Shown piece by piece: positions 10,155 to 23,095 of a stretch of DNA of 64,000 nucleotides; positions within the stretch are counted from its first letter, which is position 1; each line of letters opens with the position of its first letter. The stretch spans positions 128,001 through 192,000 of the forward strand of contig CAWJMT010000003.1 of the NCBI GenBank assembly GCA_963844035.1, read 5' to 3'. Both the position numbers and the translations under genes were made by a program. The notes below the pieces were generated by a model that was given only the letters and a program-made list of their open reading frames with translations, did no database searches and was not told where the DNA came from. The DNA comes from an uncultured Gemmatimonadales bacterium (lineage in GTDB: Bacteria; Gemmatimonadota; Gemmatimonadetes; Gemmatimonadales; GWC2-71-9).

Positions 10155-11341
10155 AGCAGGCGATCGCGGATATCCGCGCCGGTAAGCTGGTCATCGTGGC
10201 GGATGACGAGGATCGCGAGAATGAGGGTGACCTGGTCGGCAGCGCCGAGCTCGTGACGGCTGGCATGATCAACTTCATGGCCACGCACGGGCGCGGACTC
10301 ATCTGCCTTACCCTGATCCCCGACCGGTGCCAGGCGTTGGGGCTTCCGCCGATGGCCGAACAGAACACGGAAGCCCACGAGACGGCCTTCACCGTCAGCA
10401 TCGATGCGGCGGCGCGTTTTGGGGTGACGACCGGAATCTCGGCGGCGGACCGCGCGGCGACCATCCGGGTGGCGATCGATCCCGCCGCCGTGCCGAGCGA
10501 CCTGCGGCGCCCCGGGCACGTGTTTCCGCTGCGCGCGCGGCCCGGTGGCGTGTTGCAGCGCGTCGGCCAGACCGAAGCCAGTGTGGATCTCGCGCGTCTT
10601 GCGGGGCTCTACCCGGCCGGCGTGATCTGCGAAATCCTGAGCGCCGACGGTACGATGGCCCGCCGGCCGGAGCTGGAGGGGTTTGCCGCGCGTCACGGGC
10701 TTTCCTTTATTACCGTCGCGCAGCTCGTCGGCTACCGCCTGGCGACCGAGCGCCTGGTCCACCGCGTGGCCCAGGCCAGGCTCCCGACGCCGTTCGGCGA
10801 ATTCAAGATCATCGGGTACCGCAACGACGTGGACTCGGCCGAGCATGTCGCGCTGGTGTACGGCGACGTGCAGGGGGAGTCGAACGTTCTCGTGCGGATG
10901 CATTCCAAGTGTCTCACCGGCGACGTATTCGGCTCGGGGCGCTGCGACTGCGGGTGGCAGCTGCACAGCGCGATGCGGATGATCGCGCAGGAAGGACGCG
11001 GTGCCGTGGTGTACCTGGACCAGGAGGGCCGCGGCATCGGCCTGGTGAACAAGTTGAAGGCGTACGAGCTGCAGGACGCGGGGCACGACACGGTGACCGC
11101 CAACGAGCAGCTGGGATTCAAGCCCGACCTCCGCAACTACGGGATCGGCGCCCAGATCCTTCTGGACCTGGGACTGTCTTCCATTCGCGTGCTGACCAAC
11201 AATCCCATGAAGCTGGTCGGGCTCGAGGGATACAAGCTGGAGATCGTGGGGCGCCTGCCGATTGTCCCCGCGGCCTCCGACGAAAACCGCTCGTACCTCG
11301 ACGCCAAGCGGGACAAGCTCGGGCACCTGCTGACCCACTGA
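10136..11341 (+). CDS. ribBA: Bifunctional DHBP synthase / GTP cyclohydrolase II
   Basis: DDEDRENEGD, RPGHVFPL, VRMHSKCLTGDVFGSGRCDCG, QEGRGIGL, LTNNP. Confidence 0.97.
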   Translation: MSLTSVEQAIADIRAGKLVIVADDEDRENEGDLVGSAELVTAGMINFMATHGRGLICLTLIPDRCQALGLPPMAEQNTEAHETAFTVSIDAAARFGVTTGISAADRAATIRVAIDPAAVPSDLRRPGHVFPLRARPGGVLQRVGQTEASVDLARLAGLYPAGVICEILSADGTMARRPELEGFAARHGLSFITVAQLVGYRLATERLVHRVAQARLPTPFGEFKIIGYRNDVDSAEHVALVYGDVQGESNVLVRMHSKCLTGDVFGSGRCDCGWQLHSAMRMIAQEGRGAVVYLDQEGRGIGLVNKLKAYELQDAGHDTVTANEQLGFKPDLRNYGIGAQILLDLGLSSIRVLTNNPMKLVGLEGYKLEIVGRLPIVPAASDENRSYLDAKRDKLGHLLTH

Positions 11342-11343
11342 CC

Positions 11344-11829
11344 GTGGCCGACATCCAGGGGTCGCCCCGCGCGCCGCGCACAGGGCGCGTCGCCGTCGTC
11401 ATCAGCCGCTACAACGAGCTCGTCACGACGCGCCTGCTCGACGGCGCCCGCCAGTGTTTGCGCGAGCACGCCGTGCCGGACTCCCGCATCGACGTGATCT
11501 GGGTGCCGGGCGCGTTCGAGCTGCCGGTCGTCGCCGAGACGGCGGCGGTGAGCGGCCGCTATACCGCGATCGTGGCGCTGGGCTGCGTGATCCGCGGCGA
11601 GACGCCGCATTTCGATATCGTCGCCGGCGAGGCGTCCCGCGGGCTTGCCAACGTGGCGCTGGCGCACCGGCTGCCGGTGGGCTTCGGTCTGTTGACCACC
11701 GAGTCGCTGGAGCAGGCGCAGGCGCGTGCGGGGGGGGCGGCCGGGAACAAGGGGTACGAGGCGGCGGAAGCGGCGCTCGCCACCGCCTCGGTGCTGGCCG
11801 AGCTGACCCGTGCAACGCGCCGAGACTAA
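11344..11829 (+). CDS. ribH: 6,7-dimethyl-8-ribityllumazine synthase
   Basis: SRYNELVT, VPGAFELP, LGCVIRGETPHF, GNKGYEAA. Confidence 0.96.
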   Translation: MADIQGSPRAPRTGRVAVVISRYNELVTTRLLDGARQCLREHAVPDSRIDVIWVPGAFELPVVAETAAVSGRYTAIVALGCVIRGETPHFDIVAGEASRGLANVALAHRLPVGFGLLTTESLEQAQARAGGAAGNKGYEAAEAALATASVLAELTRATRRD

Positions 11830-12223
11830 GGCGCGCGTCCGCGCCCTGCAGCTGCTGTACGCGTGGGACGTGACGGGACGGCCGTCGCTCAGGGTGGTGA
11901 TCGCGAGCGTCGCGGGTATCTACGGCAAACCGCCGGCGCCACCGGATCGTGGCGCCGAGCTGGCCGCGCTCGGGATCGCCGGGGTAGCGGACTTCGATCA
12001 GCTGGTCGCGAGTGCGGCGGAGCATTGGCGGCTCGAGCGGGTGGGGATCATCGAGCGCAACATCCTCCGCCTCGCACTGGCGGAGATCGCCGAGGGAACG
12101 ACGCCGTCGCGCGTGGTCATCGACGAAGCCGTCAAGCTCGCGCAGTGGTTCGCCGGGGCCAAGGCGCCGGGGTTTGTGAACGGGGTGCTCGATGCGGCGG
12201 CGCGGCAGCTGGACGCGTTGTGA
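11810..12223 (+). CDS. nusB: Transcription antitermination factor NusB
   Basis: RALQLLYAW, WRLERVGIIERNILRLA, VVIDEAVKLA, FVNGVLD; follows ribH. Confidence 0.93.
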   Translation: MQRAETKARVRALQLLYAWDVTGRPSLRVVIASVAGIYGKPPAPPDRGAELAALGIAGVADFDQLVASAAEHWRLERVGIIERNILRLALAEIAEGTTPSRVVIDEAVKLAQWFAGAKAPGFVNGVLDAAARQLDAL

Positions 12224-13335
12224 GGATTCTGCTGGTCAACTGGAATGATCGCGAGAATCCGTGGGCCGGCGGGGCGGAGACTCACCTCCACGAGATCTTC
12301 GGGCGGCTGGCTCGCCGCGGCCACGAAATCGATCTGGTCACGAGCGGTTGGCCGGGCGCCGCTGCCGCCGCCGAGCTCGACGGTATGCGCGTCCGCCGCT
12401 ACGGCGGACGGCACAGCTTCGCCTGGCGCGCGCGGCCCGCGGTGCGTGCCCACCTGGGAGCGCGCGGCTACGATGTGCTGGTCGAAGACATCAACAAGGT
12501 GCCTCTCTATCTCTGCCGCCTCACGCGGCTCCCGTTCTGCGCGGTCGTCCCCCACCTGTTCGGCACCACGGCGTTCGTCGAGACGAACTGGGCCGTGGCG
12601 GCCATCGTCTGGGCCGCGGAGCGACCCATTCCGCGCGTCTACCGGCGGGCCGCGTTCCATGCGATTTCCGAGAGCACGCGGGACGATCTGGTGCTCCGCG
12701 GCGTACCGCGGGAGCGCATCGCCGTGATCTACCCCGGCGTGGATGCCGCCTGGTATCATCCCGATCCGGGCACGCGCCGCGCGGAACGGCCTACGTTCTT
12801 GTATGTGGGGCGTTTGAAGCGTTATAAAGGACTGGAGATCGTGCTGCGGGCGTTCGCGGCGGCGCGCGTCGCTCGCGGCGACCTCATGCTCGAGATCGCG
12901 GGCAAGGGCGACGACCGGCCGCGCCTCGAGCGCCTCACCCGCACCCTCGGCGTGGGCGATGCGGTCAGGTTTGTCGGCTTCGTTGCCGACGAAGAAAAGC
13001 GCCGCCTGTTACGCCGGGCGTGGGCCGTGGTGTTGACGAGTTCGAAGGAAGGGTGGGGGATCTCGAACGTCGAAGCGGCCGCGTGCGGCACTCCGGCGCT
13101 CGTTTCCAACAACTCCGCCTTGCGAGAATCGGTGCGCGATGGGGAGACCGGATTCCTGGTGCCGCATGGCGATGTCCCGGCGCTGGCGCAGCGGATGCTC
13201 GAGCTGGCCGGCGATCCCACGCTCGTCGCGCGTCTGGGGAGTGGCGCGCGGACGTTCGCTGCGGGACTGTCGTGGGATCGGGCCGCCGACGCGACCGAGG
13301 CCCATCTCGCGGGCGTCATCGCCCAGGGAGGCTGA
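12220..13335 (+). CDS. Glycosyltransferase family 4
   Basis: GGAETHLHE, LYVGRLKRYKG, KEGWGISNVEAAACGTP (EX7E). Confidence 0.9.
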   Translation: MRILLVNWNDRENPWAGGAETHLHEIFGRLARRGHEIDLVTSGWPGAAAAAELDGMRVRRYGGRHSFAWRARPAVRAHLGARGYDVLVEDINKVPLYLCRLTRLPFCAVVPHLFGTTAFVETNWAVAAIVWAAERPIPRVYRRAAFHAISESTRDDLVLRGVPRERIAVIYPGVDAAWYHPDPGTRRAERPTFLYVGRLKRYKGLEIVLRAFAAARVARGDLMLEIAGKGDDRPRLERLTRTLGVGDAVRFVGFVADEEKRRLLRRAWAVVLTSSKEGWGISNVEAAACGTPALVSNNSALRESVRDGETGFLVPHGDVPALAQRMLELAGDPTLVARLGSGARTFAAGLSWDRAADATEAHLAGVIAQGG

Positions 13336-13337
13336 CT

Positions 13338-13646
13338 ATGCGCATCACGATCGTGGCGCGACATTGCGACGTCCCGGAGGACCTGCGCGCCAGCGCGCGC
13401 GCCCAGCTTGCGCGCCTGGGACGCCTGGCCACCCGTCCCCATCACCTCCATTTGACTTTCGGCGCTGAGCACGGCCGGTTCACCGTCGAGCTGCGGCTGC
13501 ACACGAACCGCCGTCAGGTCCACGTCGCCCTCGCGGACGCAGCCGATCATCGGTCGGCACTCGATCGGGCGGTCGCCAAGGTCCGGCGGCAGCTGGACAA
13601 GGCGCCGGTGCGGCGCGCGCGCGTCACTGTGCGGGGATCGCTGTGA
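13338..13646 (+). CDS. hpf: Ribosome hibernation factor HPF/RaiA family (short form)
   Basis: MRITIVARHCDV...ALDRAVAKVRRQL; located just before hprK. Confidence 0.75.
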   Translation: MRITIVARHCDVPEDLRASARAQLARLGRLATRPHHLHLTFGAEHGRFTVELRLHTNRRQVHVALADAADHRSALDRAVAKVRRQLDKAPVRRARVTVRGSL

Positions 13647-14611
13647 ACCCACCCAAGGTCCGTGACCTGCTCGATCGCAAGGGCGATCCTCTCCAGATCG
13701 AAGCGCTCACCGGCGACATCGGGCTCGATCGCGTGATGCCGACGGCCGAGGTGTCGAGTCCCGGCCTCGTGCTGGCGGGCTACACCAAGCGGTTTGCCTC
13801 CACGCGCATCCACGTGCTCGGGCAGACCGAGATCACCTATCTCGCATCCCTCGACGCCGCGGGGCGCCGCCAGTCCCTCGAGACGTTCTTCACGTTCGAC
13901 CTGCCGTGCGTCGTCGTGACCAAAGGGCAGGAGGCTCCTGCGGAGCTGCTCGAGCTGGCGCGGGCCAAGGGCGTGGCGGTGATCCGCACCAAGCTCAAGA
14001 CGTCGGAATTCTTCCGGCGGCTGAAGCCGTTCCTGGACGAAGCCTTCGCACCGACCACCACGCTGCACGGGTCGCTGGCCGACGTGTTCGGCGCCGGCCT
14101 GTTGTTCATCGGGCGCTCGGGGATCGGCAAGAGCGAATGCGTGCTGGACCTGGTGGAGCGGGGACACCGGCTGGTGGCCGACGACGTGGTCCAGATCAGC
14201 CGCCGCGGGAACGACGTGCTCATCGGACGGGGCCACGAGCTGTCGCGCCACTACATGGAAATCCGGGGCGTGGGGCTGATCGACATTCAGGCGCTCTTCG
14301 GCGTGCGGGCCGTGCGGCAGCAGAAACGCATCGAGGTGGTGGTGCAGCTCGAGGACTGGGATGCGTCGCGCGAATACGACCGCACCGGCCTGGACCGCAA
14401 GACGACCACCATTCTCGACGTCGCGCTCCCCTTGGTGTCGGTGCCGCTCAACCCGGGCAAGAATCTGACGGTGATCTGCGAAGTCGTCGCCATGAACCAT
14501 CTGCTGCGCTATGGCGGCGTGGATTCGGCGAAGCGGTTCAACGAACGGCTGCTGCAGCGCATGGCCGAGCGCCGCGAGCAGCAGGCGTACCTGGAAGAGG
14601 ACTATGAGTAG
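13643..14611 (+). CDS. hprK: HPr(Ser) kinase/phosphorylase
   Basis: LHGSLADVFG, GRSGIGKSE (Walker A), GHRLVADD, MEIRGVGLID. Confidence 0.97.
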   Translation: MNPPKVRDLLDRKGDPLQIEALTGDIGLDRVMPTAEVSSPGLVLAGYTKRFASTRIHVLGQTEITYLASLDAAGRRQSLETFFTFDLPCVVVTKGQEAPAELLELARAKGVAVIRTKLKTSEFFRRLKPFLDEAFAPTTTLHGSLADVFGAGLLFIGRSGIGKSECVLDLVERGHRLVADDVVQISRRGNDVLIGRGHELSRHYMEIRGVGLIDIQALFGVRAVRQQKRIEVVVQLEDWDASREYDRTGLDRKTTTILDVALPLVSVPLNPGKNLTVICEVVAMNHLLRYGGVDSAKRFNERLLQRMAERREQQAYLEEDYE

Positions 14612-14984
14612 CCCGCTGCGGGGTGTCATCGTGTCGCACGCGGAGGTCGCCCAGGCGCTCATCACCGCCGTCGCCAACATCACGGGGGTCACCGACGCGC
14701 TGGTGCCCGTGAGCAACGACGGCTGCGATCGCGAAGCGTTGTTCGCGTCGCTCGCCGCGGCAGTCGGCGATGCACCGGCGGTGCTGTTTGTCGATCTGCC
14801 GGGCGGGTCGTGTCTGACCGGCGCCGCGTCGTACGTCCGAGGCCGTCATGATCTCTCGGTGGTGACTGGCGTGAACCTCGCCATGCTGCTGGACTTCGTG
14901 TTTCATCGCGATCTTTCCCCGGGCGCCGCAGCCGAGCGCGCCGCGGCGGCGGGGACCAAAGCCATCCGCGTCCCCGCTTCATGA
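14604..14984 (+). CDS. PTS mannose/fructose/sorbose-family IIA component
   Basis: GVIVSH (phospho-His), FVDLPGGSC, VTGVNLAMLL. Confidence 0.9.
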   Translation: MSSPLRGVIVSHAEVAQALITAVANITGVTDALVPVSNDGCDREALFASLAAAVGDAPAVLFVDLPGGSCLTGAASYVRGRHDLSVVTGVNLAMLLDFVFHRDLSPGAAAERAAAAGTKAIRVPAS

Positions 14985-15454
14985 GTATTGCGCTGTTCCG
15001 GATCGACGATCGCCTGATTCATGGGCAGGTCGTCGTGGGATGGGGGCAGCGGCTCAACATGGGCTTCATCGTGCTGGTGGACGACGCGGTGCGCGCGAGT
15101 CCGTGGGAACAGGAGCTATACCGGATGGGTGTACCGCCCGACATCGAGATGATCGTCGCATCGACCGCCGAGGCGGCGGCCCGGCTGCCCGAGTGGAACG
15201 CGGACCCGCGCGTGGGAATCGTGGTCGCGGGCGACGTCGGCACGCTGGCGGCACTGACCGAGAACGGCGGGCAAGTGACGCGGATCAACGTGGGCGGAAT
15301 TCATCAGCGCCCGGGTCGCACCGAGCGCCTGCGGTTCGTATTCCTGACCGATGCTGAGGCGGAGCAGTTGAAAGCTCTGGCGGCCCGCGGGATCGTGGTC
15401 ACGGCCCAGGACGTCCCCACGGCGCGGGCGGTTCCGCTGGCGGAGTTCACATGA
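14981..15454 (+). CDS. PTS mannose/sorbose-family IIB component
   Basis: RIDDRLIHGQVV, INVGGI, QDVP. Confidence 0.93.
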   Translation: MSIALFRIDDRLIHGQVVVGWGQRLNMGFIVLVDDAVRASPWEQELYRMGVPPDIEMIVASTAEAAARLPEWNADPRVGIVVAGDVGTLAALTENGGQVTRINVGGIHQRPGRTERLRFVFLTDAEAEQLKALAARGIVVTAQDVPTARAVPLAEFT

Positions 15455-16128
15455 CCCTCGAGCAGGTCGTCCTGTTGCTGGTCTGGGGCACGCTCGTCGG
15501 GCTCGACCTCGTCAGCATGCCGCAGGCGATGATCGCCCGGCCGCTCGTCGCCGGGGCGCTGGCGGGCGCCATGCTCGGCGATCTCGGCATCGGGCTGCAG
15601 CTGGGCGTGATCTTCGAGCTATTTCAATACGACATCATTCCCATGGGTGCGGTCCGCTATCCCGAATACGGCCCCGCGACGGTCGCGGCCGTCGGGGTGG
15701 CGCACAGCGCGCCCGGCGCGCTCGGCATCGGGCTCGGCGCCGTCGTGGGGTTGGCGACCGGATTGTTGGGCGGTATCAGCATTCACCTGATGCGCCGCAT
15801 GAACGCCCGGGCGGTCCGGCATAACACGGGCGCACTCGAGCGGGGCGACATCAGCGTGATCGTACGCCTGCACGTGACCAGCATGTTGCGCGACGCGGCG
15901 CGGGCGGCGCTGGTCACGGCCGCCGGGCTCGCGTTCGGTGTCGGCGTGCACGCGCTGCTGGGTGGGGGGCTCGCCGTGCGAGGCGCCATGCTGGTCGCGG
16001 TCGTGATCACCGGCGCGGCCATCGCGGCGGGGGTGGTGGGCACGCTGCGCCTCGTTGGGCGCGGGCCTGACCTGCGCTGGTTTGCGGCGGGGTTGCTCGG
16101 CGGCGCCGCCGGTGTGTGGCTCCGGTGA
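15451..16128 (+). CDS. PTS mannose-family IIC component
   Basis: LDLVSMPQAMIARPLVAG...G...FEL...PMGA hydrophobic pattern; operon position. Confidence 0.85.
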   Translation: MTLEQVVLLLVWGTLVGLDLVSMPQAMIARPLVAGALAGAMLGDLGIGLQLGVIFELFQYDIIPMGAVRYPEYGPATVAAVGVAHSAPGALGIGLGAVVGLATGLLGGISIHLMRRMNARAVRHNTGALERGDISVIVRLHVTSMLRDAARAALVTAAGLAFGVGVHALLGGGLAVRGAMLVAVVITGAAIAAGVVGTLRLVGRGPDLRWFAAGLLGGAAGVWLR

Positions 16129-16853
16129 CGCCGCCCCTCGGTCGCTGCCTGCTCCGCCTGTTCACGGTGCAGGGGTCCTGGAACTACGAGCGGATGCTGG
16201 GCATCGGGTTCGGCGTTGCCGAGGAGCCCCTCGTGCGCGGCCTGCCGCGGGACGAATATCGCGCGGCCATCGTGCGCAGTGCCCACTTCTTCAACGCCCA
16301 TCCATACCTGTGCGGCATGGCGGTCGGAGCCGCCGCGCGCGCCGAGCACGATGGAGTGCCGGCGGAGCAGGTGGAGCGCCTCCGGACGGCCCTATGCGGG
16401 CCATTGGGCTCGCTCGGGGATCGCCTGGTGTGGGCTGGATGGCTCCCCTTCAATTCGGGGCTCGCCCTCGTCGGCATCGCCCTCGGATGGGGCTGGTGGG
16501 CGATCGCGGGGTTTCTCGCCATCTACAATGTGGGTCATGTCGGTCTGCGCTGGTGGGCCTTGCGGGCCGGTTGGGCCCACGGGATCCGGGTTGTGGACGC
16601 CCTGCGACACCCGCTGCTGCGGCGAGCCGGCGCGCTCCTGGGGCCGGCCATGGCCGTGGCCATGGGAGCTGCGCTCCCCATGGCCGTGGCATACCTGGCG
16701 GGTCCTTCCCCTGGTTGGGGGCGCGTCGTGCTTGGGGGGGCGGCTGCGGCCGGGGTCCTGTTATTGCGGTGGCGTCGGCTGGGATTGACGGGTCTGCGCC
16801 TCGGACTCGGCTTTGCCGCCGTCGGCATCGTGGTGGGGTGCGTATGGCGGTGA
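16116..16853 (+). CDS. PTS mannose-family IID component
   Basis: QGSWNYERMLGIGF, FFNAHPY, GPLGSLGDRLVW. Confidence 0.92.
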   Translation: MAPVTPPLGRCLLRLFTVQGSWNYERMLGIGFGVAEEPLVRGLPRDEYRAAIVRSAHFFNAHPYLCGMAVGAAARAEHDGVPAEQVERLRTALCGPLGSLGDRLVWAGWLPFNSGLALVGIALGWGWWAIAGFLAIYNVGHVGLRWWALRAGWAHGIRVVDALRHPLLRRAGALLGPAMAVAMGAALPMAVAYLAGPSPGWGRVVLGGAAAAGVLLLRWRRLGLTGLRLGLGFAAVGIVVGCVWR

Positions 16854-17164
16854 TCGACCGGGAGGCCCTGATCGTCAATCCGCTGGGGATGCACGCACGC
16901 CCGGCCGCGGAGCTCGTGAAGGTGGCGAACCGCTTCAAGGCCACCATCACGGTCCGGCGGGGCGATTTGGCGGTGAACGGGAAGAGCATCATGGGCGTCA
17001 TGATGCTCGCGGCGGAATGCGGTTCCTCGATCCATATCAAGGCGGACGGGGAAGACGCGGCGGAGGCGATGGACGCCCTGCTGGCCCTGGTGGCGGCGGG
17101 ATTCCACGAGATGGACCTGACCCCGGAAGACACCGGTGACGCAGCGGAGGAGGAGACCGCGTGA
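16844..17164 (+). CDS. ptsH: Phosphocarrier protein HPr
   Basis: GMHARPAA (His15), NGKSIMGVMML (Ser46); acidic C-terminal tail. Confidence 0.95.
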   Translation: MAVIDREALIVNPLGMHARPAAELVKVANRFKATITVRRGDLAVNGKSIMGVMMLAAECGSSIHIKADGEDAAEAMDALLALVAAGFHEMDLTPEDTGDAAEEETA

Positions 17165-18963
17165 GCGACCGGTTGCTCAAGGGTATCGGCGTGTCGCCCG
17201 GGGTCACCATCGGTCCGGCGTTGGTGCTGCGGTGGACCATGCCCGAGGTGCCGTCGCGCGTCGTGCCGCGCTCCAAGGTCGAGAAGGAAGTCCGGCGCCT
17301 GCGCGCGGCGGTGCAGGACGTGAAGCGACACCACCTCGACCTCCGCGCCAAGGCGGAAGCGCGGGCCGGGCCGGACGAAGCGCGCATTTTCGACGCGCAA
17401 ATCCTCATGCTCGAGGACAAGGAGTTCCTGGGAGCCGTCGAGGCGCTGATTCGCGAGAACCACCTGACGGCGGAGAAGGCGTACGAGTTCAAGGCGCTCG
17501 AGGTGCGCGATCTGTGGAGCGGAACGGGCAGTGTGCGTCTCAAGGACAAGCTCGCCGACCTGAACGGGGTGACCGTCCGGGTGATCCAGCACCTGCTGCA
17601 CCGCGGTGTGGACGAGCTCTGGGACGGGCTGACCGAGCCGTGCGTCATCGTGGCGCGGGAGATCTCGCCTGGGCTGACGGTGCAGCTCCCGCGTGAGCGC
17701 GTGGTCGGTCTGGTCAGCGAGGAAGGCACGCGCACGTCGCACGCGGCCATCCTGGCCCACTCGATGGGGATCCCGGCCGTGATGGGGCTCGCCGCGGCGG
17801 TTGAGCGGATCACGTCGGGGACCATGATGATCCTCGACGGCACGCGCGGGACCGTGTTGCTCGATCCCACGCCGGAGGAGATCGCCGACGCGCAGCAACG
17901 CGAGCAGCAGCGCCGCCACCTGGGTACGCAGCTCGAAGAGGCCGCGGACCGGCCCACCGTGACGACCGACGGCGTGCGCGTGGTACTGCGGGGGAACGTC
18001 GATCTCCCGGATGAGATCCAGGCCGCGAGTAAGCACCATGCGGAGGGTGTCGGGCTGCTGCGCACCGAGTTCCTGATTACCGGGCGCGCTACGCTCCCGA
18101 CCGAGGACGAGCAGGCGGTCTACTTCCGTCGCGTGGGTGAGGCGTTCTCCGGGTACCCGGTCGTGGTCCGCACGTACGATCTGGGCGGCGACAAGCTGCC
18201 GGCGCCGTTCCAGGCGGCCGCGGAAGCCAACCCCTTCCTCGGCTGGCGCGCGATTCGCGTCTGCCTGGACCAGCCCGAGCTGTTGCGGACGCAGGTGCGT
18301 GCCGCACTCCGGGCGGCGGCCCATGCGGACATCCGCCTGATGCTCCCGCTGGTCACGCGGGTGGACGAAGTCGAGCGCACGCGCGCGATCGTGGAGGAAG
18401 AAGCGGAGCGGCTCGCCGCCCGCGGCATCGAGGCGGCGCGCACCATGCCGCTGGGCGTCATGATTGAAACGCCGGCAGCCGCGATCCTGGCGGACCGGTT
18501 CGCCGCGGTGAGCGATTTCGTGAGCGTGGGCACGAACGACCTGACGCAGTACACGCTCGTGGTAGACCGCGGCAACGCGCGACTCGCGGATCGGTTTACG
18601 CCGCATGACCCGAGTGTGCTGCGCCTGCTCAAGATGGTGGCCGACGCCGCGCGTGCCGCCGGCAAGCCGGCGAGTGTCTGTGGGGAGATGGCATCCGAGC
18701 CGCTGCTCGCGTTCCTGCTGATCGGTTTGGGGTACGAGACGCTTTCCGTCGCGCCCCCGGCACTGCCGCTCATCAAGTGGACCGTGCGGCAGATCAGCGC
18801 GCAGAAGGCGCGCGCGGCCGCGAGTGCCGCGCTCGAGGCGCGCAGCGCCGACGCCGTGCTCGACACGTTGCGAATCGCTCTTGCTGAAGCGGTGGATGTG
18901 AAGCTTCTCGATCCCGATACCCGGTTGCCCGCCGGACGGCGCGCGGCTAGGTTGAACGCCTAA
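17161..18963 (+). CDS. ptsI: PEP-protein phosphotransferase (Enzyme I)
   Basis: [50 protein letters not shown]. Confidence 0.97.
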   Translation: MSDRLLKGIGVSPGVTIGPALVLRWTMPEVPSRVVPRSKVEKEVRRLRAAVQDVKRHHLDLRAKAEARAGPDEARIFDAQILMLEDKEFLGAVEALIRENHLTAEKAYEFKALEVRDLWSGTGSVRLKDKLADLNGVTVRVIQHLLHRGVDELWDGLTEPCVIVAREISPGLTVQLPRERVVGLVSEEGTRTSHAAILAHSMGIPAVMGLAAAVERITSGTMMILDGTRGTVLLDPTPEEIADAQQREQQRRHLGTQLEEAADRPTVTTDGVRVVLRGNVDLPDEIQAASKHHAEGVGLLRTEFLITGRATLPTEDEQAVYFRRVGEAFSGYPVVVRTYDLGGDKLPAPFQAAAEANPFLGWRAIRVCLDQPELLRTQVRAALRAAAHADIRLMLPLVTRVDEVERTRAIVEEEAERLAARGIEAARTMPLGVMIETPAAAILADRFAAVSDFVSVGTNDLTQYTLVVDRGNARLADRFTPHDPSVLRLLKMVADAARAAGKPASVCGEMASEPLLAFLLIGLGYETLSVAPPALPLIKWTVRQISAQKARAAASAALEARSADAVLDTLRIALAEAVDVKLLDPDTRLPAGRRAARLNA

Positions 18964-18982
18964 CGGAAGGTTTGACACGCAC

Positions 18983-22064
<3,082 letters not shown>

Positions 22065-22131
22065 CGCGCTCGTCGTTTTCGCCCTGACCGGGGGCGGGAG
22101 CGGCGCCGGCACGCTCGGTGCGCAACAGCTG

Positions 22132-23049
22132 GTGGTTTCGGGACGGGTGCTGTACGGCCCCGACCGCAAGCCGCTGCCGGGCACCTGGGCCGTGCTGCAC
22201 CATGTGCAGAACATGCGGGGGGCGAGCGGGCCCGTCGATTCGGCCCGCACCGGCCCGCAGGGGGACTACCGGCTCAGGATTCCACGCGCCGATACGACCG
22301 GGATGTATGTGGTGAGCAGCCTGTACCGCGGCATCGCGTACTTTTCCGAGCCGGTGCCGATCCGAGACGCGCTGTCCGCTACCCTCAAGCCGATCTTCGT
22401 GTACGACACGACCTCGACCGGCCCCCCGGTCCTCACGCAGCGCCGCCTTGTGACCGTCGCACTCCCGAGCAAGGACGGCACCCGGGCGGTGCTCGAGCTG
22501 CTGGTGCTCCAGAACTCCGGGACCATGACGCGCGTGGCGGCCGACACCTTACGCCCGACGTGGTGGGGCCTCGTGCCGCGCGAAGCGATCCAGTTCCAGG
22601 CGGAAGAGGGCGACATCTCGCCCCAGGCGGTTGGCTTGCGCGAGGATACGGTCGCCGTCTTCGGACCGATCCCGCCCGACGAATACAAGCAGCTCAGTTA
22701 TTCCTATGTGCTGCCGTCGACGTCGCAGCGGTTCGCGATCCCCATCGGCCAGCCGGTCGCGGAGATCGACATCCTGCTCGAAGACACCGTCGCGACCGCG
22801 CAGGGCCCCGGCATCGAGACCCTGGGCGTGCAGGCGATCGAGCAGCGCCGCTTTGTGGGCTTCAGGACCGGTTCGCAGCAGCCCGGGGCCGAGGTCACCA
22901 TCACCTTTGCGCCTCCCCCGTTCAGCGTGCAGACGCTGCTGCCTTACCTCATTGCGCTCGTCGCGTTGGCGCTCGTGGGAGGGCTGGTGGTCGCGCTTCG
23001 CAGACGGCCATCAGCCATCAGCAATCAGCCATCAGTACCTGAACGCTGA
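22132..23049 (+). CDS. Exported, C-terminally membrane-anchored hypothetical protein (carboxypeptidase-regulatory-like N-domain); true start probably about 22036
   Basis: Frame open upstream with signal-like SALVVFALTG...GAQ; VSGRV...DSARTGPQGDYRL beta-sandwich; C-terminal TM plus RRR. Confidence 0.6.
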   Translation: MVSGRVLYGPDRKPLPGTWAVLHHVQNMRGASGPVDSARTGPQGDYRLRIPRADTTGMYVVSSLYRGIAYFSEPVPIRDALSATLKPIFVYDTTSTGPPVLTQRRLVTVALPSKDGTRAVLELLVLQNSGTMTRVAADTLRPTWWGLVPREAIQFQAEEGDISPQAVGLREDTVAVFGPIPPDEYKQLSYSYVLPSTSQRFAIPIGQPVAEIDILLEDTVATAQGPGIETLGVQAIEQRRFVGFRTGSQQPGAEVTITFAPPPFSVQTLLPYLIALVALALVGGLVVALRRRPSAISNQPSVPER

Positions 23050-23082
23050 CGGCTGATAGCTGACGGCTGAACGCTGACGGCT
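23007..23082. repeat. Inverted heptamer array: 4x GC(C/A)ATCA then 6x CTGAnnG
   Basis: gccatca gccatca gcaatca gccatca g-tac-ctgaacg ctgacgg ctgatag ctgacgg ctgaacg ctgacgg. Confidence 0.9.
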
Positions 23083-23095
23083 TAGCTTACCGGCC

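Noticed and set aside
23007..23082. Repeat arrays as CRISPR or mini-CRISPR
   Set aside because: Units are 7-8 nt and contiguous, with no unique spacers; no cas genes in the window.
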